From Bdellovibrionia bacterium (GTDB taxonomy: Bacteria > Bdellovibrionota > UBA1018): a stretch of 29,412 nucleotides of DNA. The DNA lies in contig JBMSSC010000017.1 in the NCBI GenBank assembly GCA_049424145.1, positions 1-29,412 on the forward strand, given 5' to 3'. The notes under the pieces were generated by a model. That model was not told the origin of the DNA. It did no database searches and saw only the letters and a list, made by a program, of their open reading frames with translations. Within the stretch, counting starts at the first letter, position 1. Every line of letters starts with the position of its first letter. Below are positions 1 through 7,951 of this stretch, piece after piece. The position numbers and the translations under genes are program-made.

Positions 1-1206
1 TTTATCCAGCTGCGCGTTGGTGGCTTTCAGCCGGGATTGGTAAACCATCGATTGAACCGTGAGGCTAATGAACAGGCTCATCACGATTGCACCCACGGAT
101 AAAAGAGGTTTGGAGTACATTCTCAGATCCAGTTTGCGTTCCCTTTTTGCCTTGGCAAATTCATCTTTTCTTAAGTTGATGCAAGGGATCCGATCTAAAC
201 TCATGGAAGCAAGGCTCAGGGCTGATGCTAGTAGGAATCGGGCATCGGTTTCCTCTGAGTAGACGATGCCTGATGAAGTCAGTTGACTTAAGGCGCGCAG
301 CGGTTTGACGGGCATTTGAAGTTGCTGCTCCAACCAGGCTCCCAGTCCAGGCAAAAGAGCCGTGCCGCCTGAGAGGTAGATCGAAGTGATTTCTCGCTGA
401 GTCAGGCTTCTGGCGATAAGGTCGATTTTTTTTATCCACTCAGGCAATCGGCCACACGCGCGGGCTAAACAGGCGGAGAGCTCTTGTTGTTCCGCAGGAG
501 TGTCTGCGGGAGGATTCTCAGGTAGAAGGATTCCGTGATTCAGCTTCATCTTCTCGGCCTCATCCCAGGAAAGGTTTTGAGCTTGAGAAATGGCTTGGGT
601 GAGATCTCGTCCACCCCAGGTCACCTCTGAGATCACTCGAGGGGTTTGCTCGTCTTGGAGATAAAAAACAGTTTTTTGATGACCGATCACAACTAAAAGA
701 GGGTGCTCCGATGCAGAGGAGGAGGCTTGAATTCGATTGATAAGCGCTCGATAGGCCCATTCTTCAGGTGTAATCACATCGGGGCTGAAGCGGGCATCCT
801 CCCAGGTCTCCAGGGCTTGGGCTAAGTATTTTTTTAATGTGATGGAGACATAAAGTGAGCTTCCCTGTTTGTTTTGGGAGAGGATGGAGTATTGAAGGGT
901 ACTTTCATCTAATGCAAAAGGGAGATCATCTTCAAGTTCAAAGCCCACCGCGGACTGAATGGCTTTTCGATCTCGAGTGGGAAGCTCTAAGATTCGAAAC
1001 GTGCTTTGGCCGTTGCAGAGGCCTAAGATAACTCGATCGGGAGCTTTGGGCAGGCCCTCCAGTAATCGAAACAAAGCCTCTTTTTGTGTCTCATGAGGCG
1101 CAATGACCTGTTCATAGTAATCTCGGACTTCAAAGCGCCCAAAGGCACTTTCCATCTCCACGGCCTTCACACTTGAGCTTCCTAGGTCAATTCCTAATAT
1201 CCTCAT
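1..1206 (-). CDS. gspL: T2SS GspL-like protein with PilM-type actin-like cytoplasmic domain and membrane anchor (3' end runs off the window)
   Basis: Not in the ORF track; translated by hand. ATG at 1206-1204 with AGGAG upstream and no stop down to base 1 (402 codons). Motifs: MRILGIDLGSSSVKAVE, FELEDDLPF, WGGRDLTQAI...EAEKMKL, IYLSGGTALLPGL, INLRKDEF, then a hydrophobic segment LLSVGAIVMSLFISLTV. Lies directly after gspK. Confidence 0.85.
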   Translation of the reverse strand, partial: MRILGIDLGSSSVKAVEMESAFGRFEVRDYYEQVIAPHETQKEALFRLLEGLPKAPDRVILGLCNGQSTFRILELPTRDRKAIQSAVGFELEDDLPFALDESTLQYSILSQNKQGSSLYVSITLKKYLAQALETWEDARFSPDVITPEEWAYRALINRIQASSSASEHPLLVVIGHQKTVFYLQDEQTPRVISEVTWGGRDLTQAISQAQNLSWDEAEKMKLNHGILLPENPPADTPAEQQELSACLARACGRLPEWIKKIDLIARSLTQREITSIYLSGGTALLPGLGAWLEQQLQMPVKPLRALSQLTSSGIVYSEETDARFLLASALSLASMSLDRIPCINLRKDEFAKAKRERKLDLRMYSKPLLSVGAIVMSLFISLTVQSMVYQSRLKATNAQLDK

Positions 1207-1244
1207 TCCATTCTCCTGCGGCGGACGATGAAAAATAACTCCAC

Positions 1245-2513
1245 TTAAAAAATCCTCAAATACGTGATCCGAATGCCTAGGTCGGGTGCATTTTTTCTTC
1301 CAAAGCGAGTCAGGAGCAGTGGATTTCCGTGCTCAAAAATTTCGACCCAAGCCTCAATCGTTCGGCGTGAGTTCATGACCTCAGCCTCAACGCTAATTTT
1401 AAACTGGTACTCGGTGGTGACCAAGCGAATGTTCTGTTGTCGGAGCCTGTCGTTAAACAGTTGGATGGCTTGGGGGTTGTTCATGAAGAAAGACACCCCT
1501 CGCTTTAAGTAGTTCTCAAAATCAGCCACCTCTTTAAATTTATTATCCACAGCGACGGAGTCTCGAAACTTGAAGAAATCCGTCACCTCATCGGGAGTGA
1601 TGCCTGGGATTAAGGCTCGAAGCATCGGCTCTCTCATGGTGTTGATGTTGATTCCAGGGGTGGTGCTGGTGGTGAAGCTTGGGCTGATGAGTTGATAAAG
1701 GTCGTCCTCAAAGAGGGGAACCATGTGAAGTTCCGAGAGGTGATAAAAGGGGGCCTTTTTGGAGGGGATTTTATTATCAAAGCGGGAGACGTTTCGAGAT
1801 TCCACTCGCGGATCCACCCATCCTGCGATTTGAAGGGTCAAGTCATTGAGCTGCAGGTCTCGAAACCGATCGGAGAAGTCTCGGTCCTTCTCGGAGTAAC
1901 CCTGCAGGAGGTTTCCAAGATAGAGCCTAAGACCCTCGCGGGCTTCCTCAGGAGTGAGGGGCGCCAAATTCTGAGGGGGAGGAGGCGGAGGGCTTCCATC
2001 GCTTTGAGTCGGGGTGGCTGAGGGGGTGGGGCGCGGTGCATACTCAGTCAGCAGCAAGTTGAGGTTGTATTTAGAAGACTCGGATTCAATTCGAGCGGTG
2101 AAGCGGCCATCGAGGCCCGAGCTTTTTTGAAACTGATCGAAGACATCTTTTTCCGTTCGAGTGAGGCCCACGGTGGGTAACGGCCAGGAGAGGGGGAAAC
2201 CCCAGATCTGATCTAACAGTCCTTTGGATACGAAACCCTGAATCGGAATTTTTTGGAGTTTCTTATAGGCTACGATTCGAAGGAGGGAGAGTTTCAAAGC
2301 ACTTTTAGCCAGGTAATGCGCCTTGAGTTGATCGAGACTCCCAAACGCAATGGATTGGGTTAGCTGAGAGACATACGTAAACTCGGTGACTAAGATCGAG
2401 AGGATGGCAACGGAGCCAAGAACTAAAAACAAGGCAATGCCTTTGGGGTTCTGAGCGGGGTTCCCCCGAGTAAGAGGCAGAGATCGGGATTTAATAGTAT
2501 TGAAAAAGCCCAT
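1245..2513 (-). CDS. gspK: T2SS minor pseudopilin GspK
   Basis: Prepilin-like G|IALFLVL without Glu5 (typical of GspK); ESSKYNLN, PFYHLSELHMV and ININT motifs; 422 aa; follows gspJ. Confidence 0.9.
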   Translation of the reverse strand: MGFFNTIKSRSLPLTRGNPAQNPKGIALFLVLGSVAILSILVTEFTYVSQLTQSIAFGSLDQLKAHYLAKSALKLSLLRIVAYKKLQKIPIQGFVSKGLLDQIWGFPLSWPLPTVGLTRTEKDVFDQFQKSSGLDGRFTARIESESSKYNLNLLLTEYAPRPTPSATPTQSDGSPPPPPPQNLAPLTPEEAREGLRLYLGNLLQGYSEKDRDFSDRFRDLQLNDLTLQIAGWVDPRVESRNVSRFDNKIPSKKAPFYHLSELHMVPLFEDDLYQLISPSFTTSTTPGININTMREPMLRALIPGITPDEVTDFFKFRDSVAVDNKFKEVADFENYLKRGVSFFMNNPQAIQLFNDRLRQQNIRLVTTEYQFKISVEAEVMNSRRTIEAWVEIFEHGNPLLLTRFGRKNAPDLGIRITYLRIF

Positions 2514-3303
2514 TCAACGGGATCTCCGGTTTGAATTTATATTCGCCCTCAAAGGATAAATGATTACGACCCAAGACTTCAAGGCTGATGCCAATGATAT
2601 CGGGAAAGAGGTGTCGAGTCTCCTCTCGATCGGTGTCCCAATTTTTAGACGTTTTCAGGAGCTCACCGTCTTTTTGGTAATAGGTGTAGCTCAAACGCTT
2701 GATTCCATGGAGCACGATGTAGCTTTTGATAAATGGGTCTCGGCTTTCCTCGTTGGAAAATGCATTGGAGGATTCGGTTTTTACCAAGACGAAGGTATCT
2801 GGGTGGTCTCGATTCTGGTCGTCTTTTTTGAGCTCGTAAGTCACTTTGGCAAAGTCGGACTCGGGGGACTCTTTGTAAATGCGGATGTGGGAGGTGGAGA
2901 TAAAAGAGAGCTTTTGATCGGTTCCTTGAAAGCGAGAGGGGCGAAGCCCGGTGTTTTCAACCATCTGAGACCAAAATTTAAAGCTCCTCTCGCCATCTTC
3001 CCTCGGAATCGGCGGAGGAAGATTTTCGCTTCCGGCAGGGACTCCGGAGGCAACGGCTTGCGGCAGTGCCACCACGGGAGAGTAGATGAGCTGGATGTCT
3101 CGTTGGATCACTCCCATGGCTAGCACCACTTCATTATTTAAATCGGCCTCGGCCGATAGGCTGTCGCGCAGTTGGTAGGTTTGTGTGGTGGCTTGAAAGA
3201 TCCCGAAGCAAATGAAGGCCAGAATGGCCATCGAGATGAGCACTTCTAAGAGGGTGAATCCGGTGGAGCTTAAGTGGGGATTAGTTCGTGAGTTGCATTT
3301 CAT
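2491..3303 (-). CDS. gspJ: T2SS minor pseudopilin GspJ
   Basis: Prepilin peptidase motif G|FTLLEVLISMAIL; 270 aa; located between gspI and gspK. Confidence 0.85.
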   Translation of the reverse strand: MKCNSRTNPHLSSTGFTLLEVLISMAILAFICFGIFQATTQTYQLRDSLSAEADLNNEVVLAMGVIQRDIQLIYSPVVALPQAVASGVPAGSENLPPPIPREDGERSFKFWSQMVENTGLRPSRFQGTDQKLSFISTSHIRIYKESPESDFAKVTYELKKDDQNRDHPDTFVLVKTESSNAFSNEESRDPFIKSYIVLHGIKRLSYTYYQKDGELLKTSKNWDTDREETRHLFPDIIGISLEVLGRNHLSFEGEYKFKPEIPLNGLFQYY

Positions 3304-3838
3304 GATTTAAGTTCACCCAATAAGTGGACAGAGAGAAGCTCTGGGGTTTTCCCCCTCGAGACCAGGAAATGGTGATCGTGATCTCGCGTAAAGCCTTCTC
3401 CAAGTACTTCGACAGCATCGAGAAAACCTGCTGGGTGGAGTCACCCTTGGCTTGATCAGAGCCTGCAAAGTTCTGGGAGTTTGAGGATGAAGAAGGCTGA
3501 CTCGATAGGAGATTACCCAGGTTCGGGAGCTTGACTTCTTTAATCACGCGAGTCCAAGAGTAGTCTGAAAAGGGTTCTTTAAAGGTCCCTCGCTCCTCCT
3601 TTTTTACTTCTTCAAAGCGCTTCCCCTCGAGCTTGATTTCAGTTTCCACCATTTGGTTACGAGCTAGCATGGCCACCGTATTCATCTCTTTTGCTCGGGT
3701 GGAGGCCTGGATTGAGGCGCCTTCGGTGGCTAAGATGGCCCCAAAGCCCAAGGCCATGATTGCAAGGGCGATCATAACCTCAAGCAGAGTAAATCCCTCT
3801 TTGCTTTTGAAATCAGCGCTTAAAAATTTCAGAAGCAT
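3281..3838 (-). CDS. gspI: T2SS minor pseudopilin GspI
   Basis: G|FTLLEVMIALAI; C-terminal LREITITISW typical of GspI; operon order. Confidence 0.85.
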   Translation of the reverse strand: MLLKFLSADFKSKEGFTLLEVMIALAIMALGFGAILATEGASIQASTRAKEMNTVAMLARNQMVETEIKLEGKRFEEVKKEERGTFKEPFSDYSWTRVIKEVKLPNLGNLLSSQPSSSSNSQNFAGSDQAKGDSTQQVFSMLSKYLEKALREITITISWSRGGKPQSFSLSTYWVNLNHEMQLTN

Positions 3839-4448
3839 GGACGTATCCTTCGCTTAAGTTGGTGGTTCCCAGCATGGCTGAGATATCCAAGGTGATTTGA
3901 TGCTCGGAGGTGTCTTTGAGATGAATCACTGTTTGTTCCGCCAAGCCACTGGGGAAGAAGTGGGTGTAGGCAAGCGAGTCCACAATGGGATCTGGGTGTT
4001 GCTGAGTTTGTAGGTCCACAAACTTCACTCCTGTGGGGAGGCTTTTTTTCTTCCGTGAGATGGTGGTCTCTTGCTGAAAAGATGAGGTCCGATCCGCCTT
4101 GGCTTGAATCCCAAACCTCCGCCTCCGATCTGAAATCTCAGTGGATTCCTTAGTGTCCAGGAGCACATCTTTGGGGCCCACCTCAGCCCAGTACTGTCCT
4201 GAGTTTAAGTCATAAACCACGCGATGAACTCGTCCACTGACCACGGCTGAGTTGAACGTCTCTTTGATAACGGAGGCTAGGTCCCGAGTGGCTGAGTTTA
4301 AGGAAAGAGAAAAGTAGCTGGAAACGCTGGGGACAACGAAGGCTGCCATCAAGGCCATCAGCCCCAGGACCACCAGCATTTCCAGTAAACTAAAGCCGTG
4401 AGGTTTCCCCCACCTCTTTTCTGATCTAAAAGGATTAATCCAGATCAT
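3813..4448 (-). CDS. gspH: T2SS minor pseudopilin GspH (start revised to ATG 4448, 211 aa)
   Basis: G|FSLLEMLVVLGL and C-terminal FFPSG. The ORF-track start at 4613 overlaps gspG by 179 bp, whereas ATG 4448 gives a short prepilin leader and a 14-bp overlap. Confidence 0.8.
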   Translation of the reverse strand: MIWINPFRSEKRWGKPHGFSLLEMLVVLGLMALMAAFVVPSVSSYFSLSLNSATRDLASVIKETFNSAVVSGRVHRVVYDLNSGQYWAEVGPKDVLLDTKESTEISDRRRRFGIQAKADRTSSFQQETTISRKKKSLPTGVKFVDLQTQQHPDPIVDSLAYTHFFPSGLAEQTVIHLKDTSEHQITLDISAMLGTTNLSEGYVHASEIFKR

Positions 4449-4887
4449 CCGAAGTGAGTTCTTTGTTAATGCCCTCACCTCCGGGAGCTCCGTCGGCGCC
4501 ATAGGAAGTGATTTTAAATTTGTTTCCATCGGATTCATAAATAAAATCTCGGCTCCAGGCATCCTGAGGCACCTTATTGACAAAACCCTGCGGATCATAG
4601 TTTTTGCAATCACGGCCTGCGGGTTTTTTCACCAAAGCATCTAAGCCTTGCTCGGTGGTGGGATAGAATCCGCAGACTCGCCTAAAATCAGCAAGAATGG
4701 TGGCTAACTGCTTGATTTGAATCTTCGTCGAAGTCACGCGTGCTTCGTCATACTTGCGAATCACGTTGCTTCCCACTAAGCCCATCACGGCGGCAATAAT
4801 GGCCAAAACAATCATCATCTCAATCAGGGTAAACCCTGCGGATTTTAAAGAATTCAGTTTCAAAAGAGTCGTCTTCATTTTTCTCAT
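4435..4887 (-). CDS. gspG: T2SS major pseudopilin GspG
   Basis: G|FTLIEMMIVLAII, YPTTEQGLDALV, VPQDAW and SYGADGAPGGEG; SD AAGGAG upstream. Confidence 0.95.
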   Translation of the reverse strand: MRKMKTTLLKLNSLKSAGFTLIEMMIVLAIIAAVMGLVGSNVIRKYDEARVTSTKIQIKQLATILADFRRVCGFYPTTEQGLDALVKKPAGRDCKNYDPQGFVNKVPQDAWSRDFIYESDGNKFKITSYGADGAPGGEGINKELTSDDLD

Positions 4888-4905
4888 AGTTCTCCTTTAC
4901 ATCAG

Positions 4906-6132
4906 CTAGCGCTGGTTCAGATTCATAATCTCCATTAGAGGCATAAATACCGCCACCACAATGAAACCCACGCCACCTCCCATCCCGACGATCATGATGG
5001 GTTCAAGCAGGCTCGTCATCGTTTCGATCTTAGTATTAACTTGTTCTTCATAGGTTTCGGCAATATTTCTGAGCATTTCCGGCAGTTCACCGGTTTTCTC
5101 CCCAATGGAGATCATGTGAATCATCATGGGGGGAAACTCTCCGCTTTTGCGAAGGGGGTCAGCGATGGATTGACCTTCGGTGATGTTGTCGCGAGCATTG
5201 GAAATGGCCTGGGCAATGGGAATATTGCCCACCAAATTGCGCGCAATGGTCATGCTGGTTAAGATAGGAACTCCGGTGGAAAGAAGGGTAGCCATGGTGC
5301 TAGAGAACCGGGTGACGGCCACCATTCGCACCAAGGAGCCTACGATTGGAAGTTTGAGCTTAAAAGCATCCCATTTGGGTCGACCCGTCTCAGAGGAGAT
5401 CATGCGAGTAAAAACCCAAGACCCCACCACGGTGACTAAGAAGAAGGCGTACCAGTAGCTCACCAAGAGGTCGCTGATGCCCATTAAAAACTTCGTGAGT
5501 CCGGGAATTGGTTTGTTCATGGAGTCAAAAACCTTGGTGAGCTTAGGAATCACGAAGGTAAAAATCCCAAGCATTAACACCACCGACACCACGAGCATGA
5601 GTGCCGGATAGGTCATCGCGCCTCGAACCTTACTTCGAAGTCGCATTTGGGCTTCTTTTAAGTCAGCTAGCTTCAGGAGCACGAGGCTTAAGGTTCCTGA
5701 GCTCTCGCCTGCTTCAATCATGTTCACAAAGATCGTATCAAACACCCGAGGGTGAGCTCCAACGGCTTTGGCCAGGCTCGATCCTTCGTTGACGTCTTGT
5801 CGGACTTGGGCCAGAATCACCTTGAGCTTTTCGTTTTCCGTCTGCTCCACGAGTGCGTTGAGGGCCTCTACGAGCGGAATGTTGGCTTTCACGAGGCTGG
5901 CCAGCTGGCGTGTCATCATGGAGATTTCAGCGGCATCGACTCGTCCACCAAAAAACGGAATTCCCGAGGAGGCATTCGGTTTGGCCGCCGTTTTTTCATG
6001 GACGTCAGTGACCATGAGTCCCTGTTTTTTGAGTTTGAGGCGGGCGGCTTTGGGGTTTTCAGCCTCAATCAAACCCTTTTGCGTTTTCCCTGTGGCAGTA
6101 CTGATGGCTTTATAATCATACATGGGTGCCAT
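4906..6132 (-). CDS. gspF: T2SS inner-membrane platform protein GspF
   Basis: Two GspF/PilC repeats (NMIEAGESSGTL, HMISIGEKTGEL) and three hydrophobic segments; 408 aa. Confidence 0.95.
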   Translation of the reverse strand: MAPMYDYKAISTATGKTQKGLIEAENPKAARLKLKKQGLMVTDVHEKTAAKPNASSGIPFFGGRVDAAEISMMTRQLASLVKANIPLVEALNALVEQTENEKLKVILAQVRQDVNEGSSLAKAVGAHPRVFDTIFVNMIEAGESSGTLSLVLLKLADLKEAQMRLRSKVRGAMTYPALMLVVSVVLMLGIFTFVIPKLTKVFDSMNKPIPGLTKFLMGISDLLVSYWYAFFLVTVVGSWVFTRMISSETGRPKWDAFKLKLPIVGSLVRMVAVTRFSSTMATLLSTGVPILTSMTIARNLVGNIPIAQAISNARDNITEGQSIADPLRKSGEFPPMMIHMISIGEKTGELPEMLRNIAETYEEQVNTKIETMTSLLEPIMIVGMGGGVGFIVVAVFMPLMEIMNLNQR

Positions 6133-6223
6133 GGATTATTCCCTTTCCTTGGGCCTAGACTTCCGCTTTCTTAACGGGCGCGATGAGAAGGAGGATTCCT
6201 TCGGTGAGCCATCTCTCGGCTGC

Positions 6224-7951
6224 CTAGACATCGGCATGCGTGGCCCTCATCAGTTCATCAATGGTGGTGAGCCCTTCCATGACTTTTGCTATTCCGTCCT
6301 CTCGAAGCGTGGTCATTCCTCCGGAGATGGCCGCCTTCCGAATCGTTCCAGCATCTGAGTTTCTGACAATTAAGGATCGAATCGAGTCCTCAGCAAGTAA
6401 GAGCTCATGGATCACGGTTCGTCCAGCATACCCGCTCTGGGCGCAACTCGGACAGCCGACGGCTTTAAAGATGGTTGCACCTTGAGGGACGGAGGTGAGA
6501 CCCAGTTCTTCAAGCTCAAAGGGCGTGGGGGAGTGCGGCTCGCGACATTTGAAGCAGACTTTTCGAATGAGTCTTTGGGCAATCACGCCCAAAAGCGAGC
6601 TTGCCACAAGAAAGGGCTCCACTCCCATGTCAATGAGACGAGTGGCTGCCCCAGCCGCATCGTTGGTGTGAAGGGTGGAGAGCACCAGGTGACCCGTGAG
6701 TGAGGCGTTGATGGCGATTTCAGCCGTCTCTTTATCTCGAATTTCCCCCACCATGATGATATCGGGGTTTTGCCTGAGAAACGCTCTTAAGGCGCGTGCA
6801 AAGGTGAGTTCGATTTTTGTGTTCACTTGGATCTGATTGATTCCGGGGATCTGGTACTCAATGGGATCCTCGACGGTCATGATGTTTCGGGTTGGGCTAT
6901 TCAGCTTCACCAGGCAGGCAGAAAGAGTGGTGGATTTACCGCTCCCGGTCGGGCCGGTGACCAGAATGATTCCATATTTTTTAAAGATTAGCTTTTCCAC
7001 GGCCGAGGCACTCTCGGAGGAGAATCCCAAATGCTCCAATTTTAACACCGTACTGCTTTGCTCTAAAATACGCATCACGATTCGCTCACCATAGTTGGTG
7101 GGAACGGTGGAAAGACGAATGTCGACGTCCTTTCCTGCGATTTTTATCTTAATCCTGCCGTCTTGAGGTAGCCTTTTTTCAGCGATATCGAGTGTACCCA
7201 TGACCTTCACGCGAGAGGCAATGGCGGCATGTGCCTTTTTGGGTTGCCGGATAATATCGTTTAAGACTCCATCAATACGAAAGCGAACGACAAATTCTTT
7301 TTCAAACGGCTCAATGTGAATGTCAGAGGCCTTTTCCTTCACGGCCCGAAACAAAAGTGAGTTGACGAACTTAATCACGGGCGCGTCATCTTCGGTGGCC
7401 TCAAGAATATCGATAGGGCCCTCTAAGTCAAATGTGTCCTCGAATTCCCCTCCAATGTTATCGACCAGGTTTGAGGTGTTTCGTTCATAGACGCGGTTGA
7501 TCGCATCTTGAATTCGATTACCGGCACTTACGACGAGTTCAATGGGAAATCCTGTGAGGACTTTTAAGTCATTGGCAATGGAGGGATGAAACGGGTCGGC
7601 TACGACGACGACTAAAGTCTCGCCTTGGGGTCCCTGCTCTTTTCTTAGGGGAATGAGTTCCTTGGACTTGGCATAGTTGATGGGGATTTGATCGACCAGT
7701 TTCGGGTCAATCTCCGTGGGTTTTAAATCCTCTAAGAAGGGAATTTTAATCTGAATGCACAGGGCGCGGGTGACCTCCAGGGGGGAAACGAAGTTTTTTC
7801 GGATGAGGATTTCTCCTAAAACTCCTCCCTCCTCCCTTTGAATGGCAATGGCTTGATGGAGTTGCTCCTGGGTTAAGGAGGTGTGCTTTAAGAGCAGATC
7901 TCCAAGCCTCAGTGGCGCGCCCTGAGGAGGGGAAGACGAAGAAGAGCTCAT
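6224..7951 (-). CDS. gspE: T2SS secretion ATPase GspE (long N-terminus type)
   Basis: ASDIHIEP, Walker A GPTGSGKS, Asp box TVEDPIEY, Walker B IIMVGEIRD, His box GHLVLSTLHTN, tetracysteine CFKC...CPSC, N-terminal RLGDLL motif. Confidence 0.96.
   Translation of the reverse strand: MSSSSSSPPQGAPLRLGDLLLKHTSLTQEQLHQAIAIQREEGGVLGEILIRKNFVSPLEVTRALCIQIKIPFLEDLKPTEIDPKLVDQIPINYAKSKELIPLRKEQGPQGETLVVVVADPFHPSIANDLKVLTGFPIELVVSAGNRIQDAINRVYERNTSNLVDNIGGEFEDTFDLEGPIDILEATEDDAPVIKFVNSLLFRAVKEKASDIHIEPFEKEFVVRFRIDGVLNDIIRQPKKAHAAIASRVKVMGTLDIAEKRLPQDGRIKIKIAGKDVDIRLSTVPTNYGERIVMRILEQSSTVLKLEHLGFSSESASAVEKLIFKKYGIILVTGPTGSGKSTTLSACLVKLNSPTRNIMTVEDPIEYQIPGINQIQVNTKIELTFARALRAFLRQNPDIIMVGEIRDKETAEIAINASLTGHLVLSTLHTNDAAGAATRLIDMGVEPFLVASSLLGVIAQRLIRKVCFKCREPHSPTPFELEELGLTSVPQGATIFKAVGCPSCAQSGYAGRTVIHELLLAEDSIRSLIVRNSDAGTIRKAAISGGMTTLREDGIAKVMEGLTTIDELMRATHADV

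Noticed and set aside
59..760. Short ORFs 59..262, 161..439 and 560..760
   Set aside because: Shadow frames within gspL; the same applies to the many short antisense or off-frame ORFs inside other long genes.
4449..4613. N-terminal extension of gspH in the ORF track
   Set aside because: Overlaps gspG in another frame; the prepilin motif supports a start at 4448.
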